Made by a program: the position numbers and the translations under genes. Source: a virus. Taken from it: a stretch of 61,038 nucleotides of DNA. Shown in pieces: positions 36,284 to 44,142 of this stretch (position 1 is the first letter of the stretch; every line of letters starts with the position of its first letter). Where the stretch lies: positions 1 through 61,038 of IMG/VR virus record IMGVR_UViG_3300045988_047031, one strand, 5' to 3'. The notes beneath the pieces were generated by a model that saw nothing but the letters and a program-made list of their open reading frames with translations, searched no databases and was not told the DNA's origin.

Positions 36284-38368
36284 ATGGGAACTTGGACTTC
36301 GGGAGTTAATAATGGTTACTCCCTAAGAATGAACGCGTATGAGATTGGTGTCAATCATGCCGCCAACTCTTCTACCGTTCGTATAGACTTATGGCTTAAA
36401 GTAGGTACTCAGTCGTTTTACGGCCCAATGTTCGTAGAAGCTCGGTGTGGCGGACAGAGACAAAACAAGACTGTTCAAATCAACGGGCCTGGGTTTAACT
36501 CAGAGGTTTATCTTGGAACATGGGATTTCAACTACCCGCATGGTTCTGATGGTAAACAAATAGCCAATGTTGATGCCTTTGTTAATGCCTACAATACGGC
36601 CTTTGCCTTTACTGGTGAGCTTGTTGTAGGGAATAGACAGTTCGCCTTAACCGATATCCCTCGTGCTTCAGATCCAATGGGCGACTATCAAGGTGTTCTC
36701 GGACAGCCGATTACCTTTACCGCAAGACGTAAATCAGACCAGATGTACAACACTGTCTGGTTACGCTTCGGTGATGTCGATACAAAGATAATCGACTCGA
36801 TGAGAGATACCGCGACATGGACACCCCCTCTGGAGCTCGCATCTAAATTCCCACAAGCTAGTGAAGGTGTCGGTACTCTAACGCTAATCACATATCGTAA
36901 TGGGACAACTATCGAAACTGGTAGGTCTGCTTCCCAGATAAGGTTGAGAATACCCGATACAGAAAAGCCTGTTATCAAGGGTATTAATACGGAGGAACAA
37001 CATCCTAAGTGTAAAGCGCTTCTTAAGAACTTGAAATATGTTCGGATATTGTCCGAGATACAAGTCGCGCTTGGCGATTTTGAAACTAAGTATGGCGCAA
37101 CAATCCCAGATGATGGTATGACGGTTCGTCTCATGCAAGATGCGAAAGTTCTAAGAGAAGTTGTAGGTAAGACTGTAGTTCTTAATAACATCAATACCAG
37201 CGGTAAGCACGTTCTTAATGTCACAATTCGTGACTCTCGTGGTTTGACATCAGCAGCCTTTGAGAAGGTGATTCAAATCGACAATTACGCTCCTCCAGTT
37301 TGTAGTGCTCGTGTTGACCGCCGTAATGATGATGAGAAGAAACTCCGTCTATATCTCAACGGTAGGACTTTCCCGTTATTTGACGACCAGAATAGGAACG
37401 TCAATTTTGGTAAGCGTACCGTTACTATAAAGAATACCACGACTAATACTGTTGTTAATGATACGTCCGGTAATCTCGTAAGTCTTTTTGGTATAAACGA
37501 CAATGATAGAATAGTCGACTTAACTGGTGATTATTCTACGGGCAACTCATTCTCTGTAACTATCTTATATGAAGACGCTTTTGGAAATAAGGCCGACCAG
37601 AGCTTAGTTATTGGTACTATAAAGGTTCATCGTACCGATGATCCATTCGGTATCGGTATCAATAAGGTTCGGGAGCGTGGTGCTCTGGATATTGCTGGAG
37701 ATCTCTTTGTGAATAACAAGAAGATTTCTACCCACGCTTTAACTGGTGACGACGGTTATGGTACCTGGTTGCCCGATAATCATGATATCAACAACGTATA
37801 TCTTGCTGGCTTCTACCGAGCCCGTAATGCTAAGAGTGTACCACCGGGCATCGACTCTCTTATTTACTTAAGGGTCATGGGCAATAACTCAAACTATATC
37901 GTCCAAGAACTATTCACATTTGGCGGTGCTTATCTAGGATACCGTCAGAAAATCGGTGTGAACAAATGGACGCCATGGTTTAGTATCGATAATGACAATA
38001 CACCGATATATACTCTAACCGATGTTCCAATTGGTTGGAATATTAAGGCTACTTTCCAGAAGCGTGGTCGTATTGTTACTGTTGATGTTTTTGCTATCGC
38101 TAATCCAAACGTAAATGTTGAGAATGCCAAGCTTGGAGAACGTATACCAAACGGGTTTAAACCTATGGTAAACACCCAAGTTGTCTTATATCGTAACTCT
38201 GGCTCGACTATCATAAACCCTGCCCTCTGGTCATTTAACGCTGATGGGACTATCGCTCATACGGAGTCTTCCTCTGGTGGTAACCGTGTGTATCGTGGTC
38301 ATGCTAGCTGGTTTGCAGAGTCTACACAACCTGCAACTGGCGGAGCTAACTTTCAAATAAGGAGATAG
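36284..38368 (+). CDS. receptor-binding / tail fibre protein (DUF859-like N terminus)
   Basis: 694 aa in the distal tail module; N-terminal region resembles the siphovirus DUF859 family. Confidence 0.45.
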   Translation: MGTWTSGVNNGYSLRMNAYEIGVNHAANSSTVRIDLWLKVGTQSFYGPMFVEARCGGQRQNKTVQINGPGFNSEVYLGTWDFNYPHGSDGKQIANVDAFVNAYNTAFAFTGELVVGNRQFALTDIPRASDPMGDYQGVLGQPITFTARRKSDQMYNTVWLRFGDVDTKIIDSMRDTATWTPPLELASKFPQASEGVGTLTLITYRNGTTIETGRSASQIRLRIPDTEKPVIKGINTEEQHPKCKALLKNLKYVRILSEIQVALGDFETKYGATIPDDGMTVRLMQDAKVLREVVGKTVVLNNINTSGKHVLNVTIRDSRGLTSAAFEKVIQIDNYAPPVCSARVDRRNDDEKKLRLYLNGRTFPLFDDQNRNVNFGKRTVTIKNTTTNTVVNDTSGNLVSLFGINDNDRIVDLTGDYSTGNSFSVTILYEDAFGNKADQSLVIGTIKVHRTDDPFGIGINKVRERGALDIAGDLFVNNKKISTHALTGDDGYGTWLPDNHDINNVYLAGFYRARNAKSVPPGIDSLIYLRVMGNNSNYIVQELFTFGGAYLGYRQKIGVNKWTPWFSIDNDNTPIYTLTDVPIGWNIKATFQKRGRIVTVDVFAIANPNVNVENAKLGERIPNGFKPMVNTQVVLYRNSGSTIINPALWSFNADGTIAHTESSSGGNRVYRGHASWFAESTQPATGGANFQIRR

Positions 38369-38369
38369 A

Positions 38370-38930
38370 ATGAAATTAGAATTTCAATCAAAATCGCTCA
38401 CATATAGTGCTGATAACAAACCCTTAGCAACTCGTGTTGTATTAGGGAATGCTGAAGGCGCTTTCCATCCAATTAACTTGCCACCAACATCAATCGATAA
38501 ATCTAACGATGAATTGTTTGATGATGCGCTGGCTATCTTATTCTCTGAGAACTTTACAGACCGTAAAATCAAAGAGACTGATGAGAAGGTCGACCGCTTA
38601 CAAGCTCTTATTGACGTGTTTACTATTTACGCCGTTACTAAGGACTATACTGGCGATGACCCAATCGACCCTGTATTGTACGGCGCATTGCTTAAGCTTG
38701 TACCAGACGCTGTTGTAGGTAAGACCTATAAAGCTAACGATGTCGTTGCTATTGAAGATCCTACTATCAACAACTCCTTTGGTACAGGCAACAGGGTACT
38801 TGTTCAGTTTATTCGTGAACATACATATGCGGCCGCTGATACAATCCAAACATTCTACAAGAACGGTAAGAATGAACAAAACGGCGTTGGGGCGGCATGG
38901 CCTTGGCCTAACCCTCGCGCTAATCACTAA
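38370..38930 (+). CDS. hypothetical tail-module protein (186 aa)
   Basis: AAGGAGA RBS; last gene before the holin. Confidence 0.55.
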   Translation: MKLEFQSKSLTYSADNKPLATRVVLGNAEGAFHPINLPPTSIDKSNDELFDDALAILFSENFTDRKIKETDEKVDRLQALIDVFTIYAVTKDYTGDDPIDPVLYGALLKLVPDAVVGKTYKANDVVAIEDPTINNSFGTGNRVLVQFIREHTYAAADTIQTFYKNGKNEQNGVGAAWPWPNPRANH

Positions 38931-38964
38931 AATTTCAAAATAAAGAAAAAGAGGTATATAACTT

Positions 38965-39201
38965 ATGAAACTTAATCTTAAACTTCGTCTTCAAAACCGC
39001 GCTACTCTTATTGCTCTTATCTCAGCAGTATTCTTGATGCTTCAACAGTTCGGACTTACAATCCCTACTAACATCAAAGACGGCGTGAATACTTTCGTGC
39101 TTATCTTGGTTATCTTGGGTGTTGTAACAGACCCTACAACTAAAGGTATCGGTGACTCAGCTCAAGCTTTGGGGTATGATACGCCAAAGGAAAAAGAATA
39201 A
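38965..39201 (+). CDS. holin (phi LC3 / Phage_holin_1 family-like)
   Basis: KLRLQNRATLIALISAVFLMLQQFG ... VILGVVTDPTTKGIGDSAQALGY pattern; two TM helices; upstream of the endolysin. Confidence 0.8.
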   Translation: MKLNLKLRLQNRATLIALISAVFLMLQQFGLTIPTNIKDGVNTFVLILVILGVVTDPTTKGIGDSAQALGYDTPKEKE

Positions 39202-39227
39202 CCTAATTTAGGAAGCGTACATAGATA

Positions 39228-39632
39228 ATGCAGAGATTATTGATGGATGAGAAGGTCTTAACAGGCCTTTCTCTTTTTATTATTGCCCTGATCAGTTTAC
39301 TAACTAGAAGTGTTAATATGTATATTGATAAGGTCAAAAAGGAAAAGGAAGAAGATGTCGCACGTCAGCAACGTTATGCCGATGAGCAAAATGATAAGTT
39401 GAATTCGATTAAGCGGTCTATGTTACGTTCGGAATATCTCGCTATATACAATTCTACGGAATTCACCTATAACGAAAAATATATTATGACCCGACATATT
39501 ATCGCTGATTATCAGAAGCTTCGAGGCAACACCTATATTAAGGAACTCGATGCGAAACTTGCTTCAAAAGTTATAATGTCTGACCGAGAAGGAATTCTAT
39601 ACAACGGAGACTATAATGGCGACCAAAGCTGA
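39228..39632 (+). CDS. membrane-anchored protein in the lysis cassette (134 aa)
   Basis: N-terminal TM (LTGLSLFIIALISLLT); between holin and endolysin. Confidence 0.5.
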   Translation: MQRLLMDEKVLTGLSLFIIALISLLTRSVNMYIDKVKKEKEEDVARQQRYADEQNDKLNSIKRSMLRSEYLAIYNSTEFTYNEKYIMTRHIIADYQKLRGNTYIKELDAKLASKVIMSDREGILYNGDYNGDQS

Positions 39633-40395
39633 AGTAATTAACTGGGCTAGAAATATTGCCGATAGAGGAATTGGGGTTGATGCAGACGGTGCCTTTGGTG
39701 CTCAATGTGTTGACTTACCTAATATGATTGCCCAGAAATTCTTTGGGCGGTCGATGCGTGGGAACGGTATAGATATGCTTAACGCTGGTAGAGGGAATGG
39801 TTGGCTTACCACTGGTGCCGAATCCCCTCGTGCTGGCGCTATATTCTGTATGCGAGTATCTTATCATGGATATGGACATACGGGACTTGTTATATCCAAC
39901 CCTGACGGTGCTGGGCGATTCCAAACTATTGAGCAAAACGTAGACGGAGGACTGGGCGGAGGGCCTGCTCGCTATCGTACACGGACATTAGGTGGTGGTG
40001 CTGAGACCATTATTGGTTTCACATATCCTCCTTATTCTGATGGTATTGATGGCGCAGTTGGTAGCGGAGGCCCTGCTCCTGAAGCCCCTCAACCGAACGG
40101 AGAGACAATGGACTTTACATTTGATATCAAAGGCGACCCGAACTGGAGTGCCGGTACCGTGTATTATTACAACGGTGCTGTCAATGAAATTCAGCCAGTT
40201 CACAACACCGAAGAATTGAAATACCTAAGGTCTATCTACAAGGATACGACAGGTAGAGACTTGAAGGACTATCACTGGGATAATAATGTTCCTGTGTATA
40301 TTCGTATCTTTGGAGCGCTTAGACCAACAACATCTGATAATAACATCAAGGCTACTCTTGACAAGATTATCAAACAACTGGAGAACGCCACTTAA
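39616..40395 (+). CDS. endolysin: CHAP domain plus C-terminal binding domain
   Basis: GAQCVDLPN, GYGHTGLV, EQN CHAP triad context; proline/glycine linker; C-terminal domain (aa about 165-259) is paralogous to the N terminus of the next ORF. Confidence 0.85.
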   Translation: MATKAEVINWARNIADRGIGVDADGAFGAQCVDLPNMIAQKFFGRSMRGNGIDMLNAGRGNGWLTTGAESPRAGAIFCMRVSYHGYGHTGLVISNPDGAGRFQTIEQNVDGGLGGGPARYRTRTLGGGAETIIGFTYPPYSDGIDGAVGSGGPAPEAPQPNGETMDFTFDIKGDPNWSAGTVYYYNGAVNEIQPVHNTEELKYLRSIYKDTTGRDLKDYHWDNNVPVYIRIFGALRPTTSDNNIKATLDKIIKQLENAT

Positions 40396-40943
40396 TGGCT
40401 ATCCATTTTACCTTTAGGATTGAAGGTGGTGACCCAAAACTTGATTATCTTCAAGGTTGGCATAAGGACAAAATCTATTACTATAACGGTGATGAGAATG
40501 AAGTCGCTTATGTCGGTCACCCTGAAGATCTTAAATATCTTAAACAAATCTTTAAAGAAACCCACGGTAGAGACCTTAAGCATTATGATTGGAATGTAGC
40601 GGTGCCAGTATTTATTCGGATATTTGGTGTACTACAACCTTGGACGGGAGCTGGCGGTATGCGTCAAGCTCTGGAGACGCTTAAGAAGAAGATTAAAGAG
40701 TATGAGGATATTTACTGGGAGCCCAAGTTCGTGGTTCCTCGTATGTCTATCCATATTCGCCGTGAACCGACTCGAGTAGCTGAGTCCATAGGTATCTGTG
40801 AGATTGACAAGAAATATGAAGTACTTGACCTAACCACAAGATGCGATTGGCACTGGGCTAAAGTCCGACACAACGGTGTTGAAGGCTGGATGGCTCTAGG
40901 CGATATTACCGGTGAGTGGTATGTCGAGAAACTTCGTGAATGA
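40395..40943 (+). CDS. stand-alone cell-wall-binding-domain paralogue plus SH3-like domain
   Basis: aa 1-100 align with the endolysin C-terminal domain (FTF.I.G.P...YYYNG..NE......E.LKYL..I.K.T.GRDLK.Y.W....PV.IRIFG.L.P); TAATG overlap with the endolysin stop. Confidence 0.65.
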   Translation: MAIHFTFRIEGGDPKLDYLQGWHKDKIYYYNGDENEVAYVGHPEDLKYLKQIFKETHGRDLKHYDWNVAVPVFIRIFGVLQPWTGAGGMRQALETLKKKIKEYEDIYWEPKFVVPRMSIHIRREPTRVAESIGICEIDKKYEVLDLTTRCDWHWAKVRHNGVEGWMALGDITGEWYVEKLRE

Positions 40944-40950
40944 TGTAAGG

Positions 40951-40996
40951 GCGTTGTGTGAGTGAAATCTACAACGCTTATTTTTTTTTATTTTTT
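40951..40996 (+). terminator. intrinsic terminator after the lysis cassette
   Basis: gcgttgt-13 nt-acaacgc followed by a long T tract. Confidence 0.6.
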
Positions 40997-41021
40997 ACAG
41001 CTCTCTATATAGAAAGAGAGG
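40994..41021 (+). promoter_or_regulatory. phage promoter-like element, copy b (tttacagctctctatatagaaagagagg)
   Basis: consensus copy; ATG 41030 is 8 nt after GAGAGG. Confidence 0.6.
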
Positions 41022-41029
41022 TATATGAT

Positions 41030-41377
41030 ATGCAAAAACTTGTTGAAAATTATAATTCTTGTAGGGAGAGATACCTTAACGCACCTACTTTTGGAAATGA
41101 CTTTATATATATTTGTTATTACGATATGTATATTGACGCATGTTCTAAGATATTGGACTGTTTAAATAACCTTAGGGTTGTTTATGATTGTGATCGAGAA
41201 TTGGGTCTCGAAGAAGCAATCCTTAAAGCAAAACTATTGAAATTTAAATGGTTTCATATGGATGGACGTATGTTCAATAAAATAAGAAGACAAATACTTA
41301 TAAAGCAAACCAAAAAGCAGATGCTGGAAGTAGACACCCTTACGATGTTCATAATCAAAGCATATTTGGAGCAATAA
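41030..41377 (+). CDS. hypothetical protein (115 aa)
   Basis: ATG 41030 after GAGAGGTA; the ORF-track N-terminal extension (from 40958) is a translation of the terminator/promoter. Confidence 0.7.
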   Translation: MQKLVENYNSCRERYLNAPTFGNDFIYICYYDMYIDACSKILDCLNNLRVVYDCDRELGLEEAILKAKLLKFKWFHMDGRMFNKIRRQILIKQTKKQMLEVDTLTMFIIKAYLEQ

Positions 41378-41396
41378 ACATTGCTCTTTTTCTTTT
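41369..41396 (+). terminator. intrinsic terminator
   Basis: gagcaa-taaaca-ttgctc plus tttttctttt. Confidence 0.65.
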
Positions 41397-41402
41397 AAAT
41401 TT

Positions 41403-41430
41403 TTTACACGTATCTATATAGAATACTAAT
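41403..41430 (+). promoter_or_regulatory. phage promoter-like element, copy c (tttacacgtatctatatagaatactaat)
   Basis: same TTTACA-N10-TAGAA geometry. Confidence 0.55.
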
Positions 41431-41454
41431 GGATATTTTAAAGGAGGAATTAAT

Positions 41455-41565
41455 ATGCAATATGTTATTGGGACATTGATTGTGTTGTGGATCCTAAGTT
41501 ACGGATTCACTAGTATTTTGAAAGGGATCGGTGGATTTCTATTAAGACTGTTTGGTCGATATTAG
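41455..41565 (+). CDS. micro-ORF, 36-aa hydrophobic peptide
   Basis: AAAGGAGG RBS 7 nt upstream; MQYVIGTLIVLWILSYGFTSILKGIGGFLLRLFGRY; bracketed by promoter element and terminator; below the ORF-track cutoff. Confidence 0.6.
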   Translation: MQYVIGTLIVLWILSYGFTSILKGIGGFLLRLFGRY

Positions 41566-41591
41566 AGATTTCACCAATCTCTTTTCTTTTT
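41564..41591 (+). terminator. intrinsic terminator
   Basis: agagatt-tcacc-aatctct plus tttctttttc. Confidence 0.65.
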
Positions 41592-41597
41592 CAAAAC

Positions 41598-41625
41598 TTT
41601 ACATCTATCTATATAGAATAAAGAA
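41598..41625 (+). promoter_or_regulatory. phage promoter-like element, copy d (tttacatctatctatatagaataaagaa)
   Basis: same geometry. Confidence 0.55.
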
Positions 41626-41639
41626 ATGAGGTAGTTCAA

Positions 41640-41927
41640 ATGAAGAACAAATTATTTATGTTGAAGTTGGAAGATCGCAATACAGTTCGCGATAACTTGG
41701 ACGCAATATTGAGTCGTATCCATGACTATATTGCAGACAAATACTTGGAAGGTGAAGTTGATATTGAAATCACGAATATTACAATCGTGAATTTCGGTAT
41801 TCAGGGGATCGATTTCCGAGCACTGTCTGGTAATCTAGATTTGGTTTATGGCAAACTATTGGAGTCCGGATATCATGCTGAACTATTTAGCGACGAAGAC
41901 ACTACATGGATTAAAGTGAGTGTTTAA
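41640..41927 (+). CDS. hypothetical protein (95 aa)
   Basis: GAGGTAG RBS; cassette bounded by terminators. Confidence 0.7.
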   Translation: MKNKLFMLKLEDRNTVRDNLDAILSRIHDYIADKYLEGEVDIEITNITIVNFGIQGIDFRALSGNLDLVYGKLLESGYHAELFSDEDTTWIKVSV

Positions 41928-41946
41928 TACACTCATTTCTTTTTTC
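41918..41946 (+). terminator. intrinsic terminator
   Basis: gagtgt-ttaat-acactc plus atttcttttttc. Confidence 0.6.
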
Positions 41947-41952
41947 AAAACA

Positions 41953-41980
41953 TTTACAGTTCTCTATATAGAAAGAGAGG
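41953..41980 (+). promoter_or_regulatory. phage promoter-like element, copy e (tttacagttctctatatagaaagagagg)
   Basis: consensus copy; ATG 41989 is 8 nt downstream. Confidence 0.6.
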
Positions 41981-41988
41981 TAGTCGAT

Positions 41989-42072
41989 ATGAACAAAAAG
42001 AATGAAGAAACCAAGGATATGACTTGGTGGCAATTTCTATTGGGTCTATGGTTTTTAGACCTATTTTTCTAA
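41989..42072 (+). CDS. micro-ORF, 27-aa peptide with hydrophobic C terminus
   Basis: MNKKNEETKDMTWWQFLLGLWFLDLFF; consensus promoter/RBS upstream, terminator downstream. Confidence 0.55.
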   Translation: MNKKNEETKDMTWWQFLLGLWFLDLFF

Positions 42073-42074
42073 AC

Positions 42075-42103
42075 GGAGACTACAAAGGTCTCCTATTTTT
42101 TTT
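42075..42103 (+). terminator. intrinsic terminator
   Basis: ggagac-tacaaag-gtctcc plus tattttttttt. Confidence 0.7.
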
Positions 42104-42118
42104 AAGAAAGGATATGTA

Positions 42119-42309
42119 ATGGAACAAACAAGGATACCGGATGCTAAAGAAATGGCAATAAAAAAGGGCTGTATGACGCATATAATGGAAGTAAATATGC
42201 TCTAAATGATAAACAGTTAATTAAATATCTAGAGGACGAACTTGGATATGAAGTAAGCGCCGGATATGAATACAACCTTAGATTATATGGGATTACACTA
42301 AAATGGTAA
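42119..42309 (+). CDS. small gene requiring a -1 frameshift at A_AAA_AAG (42160-42166)
   Basis: the 0-frame ORF (42119-42205) and a start-less 54-codon -1-frame ORF (42148-42309) overlap at the heptamer. The -1 ORF ends right at the next RBS. Fused product is about 63 aa. Confidence 0.5.
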
Positions 42310-42319
42310 AGGAGAATGT

Positions 42320-42634
42320 ATGACAACCAGATGGAAAGAACTAACGACGGTTATTGTCTCGGCCCTGATTTTTGTTACGATCTGCATTGCTCTAATTGAG
42401 ATTAATACAGCTAACAAGATCAATGAGCTGGAAAAAAAACATCAGAGAGAGGTTAAGACTCTAACTGAGGAACGCGACATGTATAAGAAGCGATGGGAAT
42501 TTCGAGATGACGTTGCTACTTATTACTACGATGAATATCTCGATTTGAAGGAAAAATACGAAAATCTTAAACTTGCATTAGGAAAAACGGAGGATGAAGA
42601 AAATGATAAAACTCAAAACAGCAGCGGAAATTAG
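42320..42634 (+). CDS. membrane-anchored coiled-coil protein (104 aa)
   Basis: AAAGGAG RBS; N-terminal TM (VIVSALIFVTICIALI). Confidence 0.7.
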   Translation: MTTRWKELTTVIVSALIFVTICIALIEINTANKINELEKKHQREVKTLTEERDMYKKRWEFRDDVATYYYDEYLDLKEKYENLKLALGKTEDEENDKTQNSSGN

Positions 42635-42971
42635 ACAGATGATTGCGGATAAACGGAGCGCAGTAAGGTCGGGAATTGACTTAACTAAGGTTTATGAAAA
42701 GGTAAACAATAGGTTAGAGAACCTTGAACTCGGCGCAACTAGTATTCTACTTTTAGCAAAATCAATTAGACCTGATGTCAATGTTCCAGATGAAGAATGG
42801 AAAGATTCTTTACAATTCATTTTTGATGAAATCCAAATCAAACTTGAAGATAACGGATATACTGTCCGCCCACATTATGGTTTAGGTTTTGGTAGTACAC
42901 CTCCTCGCATTGGATTGATTATTTACTGGGATCCAAAAGACCTGCCGGATGACGGCGAAAGGGAAGAATAA
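42603..42971 (+). CDS. hypothetical protein (about 122 aa)
   Basis: ACGGAGG RBS 9 nt before ATG 42603 (ATG 42594 also possible). Confidence 0.65.
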   Translation: MIKLKTAAEIRQMIADKRSAVRSGIDLTKVYEKVNNRLENLELGATSILLLAKSIRPDVNVPDEEWKDSLQFIFDEIQIKLEDNGYTVRPHYGLGFGSTPPRIGLIIYWDPKDLPDDGEREE

Positions 42972-42974
42972 ATA

Positions 42975-43002
42975 TTTACAACCCTCCTAATAGAAAGAGA
43001 GG
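42975..43002 (+). promoter_or_regulatory. phage promoter-like element, copy f (tttacaaccctcctaatagaaagagagg)
   Basis: same geometry; ATG 43011 is 8 nt downstream. Confidence 0.55.
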
Positions 43003-43010
43003 ACATTATT

Positions 43011-43187
43011 ATGCGTAAATTTTTAAGATTTGTTGGTTTTCGTTGTCTTGCTGCATACGCTGTTATGGAGGAAGCTTATATTGATAGGCTTGTGAAAAAC
43101 GGTTATGTTGAACAAGATGCTGCGAAACACAACGAACGTCTTGAGGTTACAAGATACGTTCTAACTAAATTGAAGAAAGAGTATTAA
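43011..43187 (+). CDS. hypothetical protein (58 aa)
   Basis: just below the ORF-track cutoff; promoter/RBS element upstream, terminator hairpin overlapping the stop. Confidence 0.6.
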   Translation: MRKFLRFVGFRCLAAYAVMEEAYIDRLVKNGYVEQDAAKHNERLEVTRYVLTKLKKEY

Positions 43188-43210
43188 TACAATACTCTTT
43201 TAATTTTTTA
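43177..43210 (+). terminator. intrinsic terminator
   Basis: 9-bp stem aagagtatt / aatactctt, loop aatac, then tttaatttttt. Confidence 0.6.
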
Positions 43211-43234
43211 CAACTGTCTATATAGAAAGGAAGG
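43207..43234 (+). promoter_or_regulatory. phage promoter-like element, copy g (tttacaactgtctatatagaaaggaagg)
   Basis: same geometry; ATG 43242 is 7 nt downstream. Confidence 0.55.
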
Positions 43235-43241
43235 AAACGTT

Positions 43242-43583
43242 ATGAAACTTTTTAAGAAAAAACACGTTGCTAAAATTGAAGAAACTATCGAGGCTAAACT
43301 CGATGAACTGAATACCCAACTGGCTGAAGTACCAACGGGTAGTGAGGAAGAAGTCAAAATCTTGGACGATATTGATTTTCTTACCAAAACATTGACGGAT
43401 ATTAAAGTCCGCCATATGCAAGGTAAAGAAAAGAAGCTCGAACCACAGGTTAAGGCGGCTATCATCACTACTGTTGGTGGTGCTATTGCTAGTATTGCAG
43501 GTATCCTAATCATCAGGGATTATGAAGCGGAAGACGGTCTCTTCACTTCTAGCGCAAAGAATTTTATTAAGAAGCTGTACTAA
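43242..43583 (+). CDS. hypothetical protein with C-terminal TM (113 aa)
   Basis: ORF after promoter element g; AAIITTVGGAIASIAGILII helix. Confidence 0.7.
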   Translation: MKLFKKKHVAKIEETIEAKLDELNTQLAEVPTGSEEEVKILDDIDFLTKTLTDIKVRHMQGKEKKLEPQVKAAIITTVGGAIASIAGILIIRDYEAEDGLFTSSAKNFIKKLY

Positions 43584-43609
43584 TGTACACTTCTTTCTTT
43601 TTTTTTTTT
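43576..43609 (+). terminator. short hairpin plus tacacttctttc-T12 element
   Basis: tgtac-taat-gtaca; 24 nt (43586-43609) are identical to 45609-45632. Confidence 0.45.
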
Positions 43610-43617
43610 GGTATAAT
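43609..43617 (+). promoter_or_regulatory. extended -10 box TGgTATAAT
   Basis: exact TGnTATAAT directly after the T tract, 19 nt before ATG 43636. Confidence 0.35.
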
Positions 43618-43635
43618 ATAAAAGGAGCAATATTT

Positions 43636-44142
43636 ATGGAGTATGTTGATAAGACAGAGCACCCAACGATTTACAGCCTAATGGAGTATGATGTAGGTTT
43701 TAGAAAGCTGTTTTATCCTTATATCTTTGGGATTATGGCGGATAACCATCTTGAATGTAATGATTATGATTTTGAGATGTTCAAGGTCATCTTTATTTCA
43801 ACTATGGTTATTATCCAAAATTATTATACTTCTGACCTTATCAAGAAGTATGAGGAAGATATCAGAGGTTTGTATTTCGCATATTTCAAGGTTCGAACAA
43901 TAACCAATGTTGGGCAGGACGGTATCGATAAGATTACGACTCGTATTCGTACTAAGATTACAGACTTTGATTTATCACCAACTGATGCAGACTTTGAAAA
44001 TTGTATCGAAATGGTAAAAACAGATATGCCTCGAGTCAATAACTACGAAACATGGGATGTTATTGTATACAAAATGGAATATTTCCGTGATTGCTACTAT
44101 AACATAATTCGTATATTGCATCAAGCTAAAGGAGGGAATTGA
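43636..44142 (+). CDS. hypothetical protein (168 aa)
   Basis: AAAGGAG RBS before ATG 43636; the ORF-track extension from 43522 overlaps the previous gene and terminator. Confidence 0.7.
   Translation: MEYVDKTEHPTIYSLMEYDVGFRKLFYPYIFGIMADNHLECNDYDFEMFKVIFISTMVIIQNYYTSDLIKKYEEDIRGLYFAYFKVRTITNVGQDGIDKITTRIRTKITDFDLSPTDADFENCIEMVKTDMPRVNNYETWDVIVYKMEYFRDCYYNIIRILHQAKGGN

Noticed and set aside
40994-41021. Reading the TTTACA...TATATAG element as an ordinary sigma-A -35/-10 promoter
   Set aside because: TTTACA and the TATA block are separated by only 8-10 nt in all 13 copies, against about 17 nt for sigma-A. The sequence 17 nt upstream of the TATA block is a non-conserved T tract. The candidate -10 hexamers (TATATA/TATAGA) also lack the critical final T.
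40958-41029. N-terminal extensions in the ORF track (40958, 43522, 45094, 46897, 58737, 59422, 59849, 44380, 1322, 12786, 16987, 50205)
   Set aside because: The extensions run through terminators, promoter elements or the preceding gene. In each case an internal ATG with a canonical SD at 5-10 nt is present.
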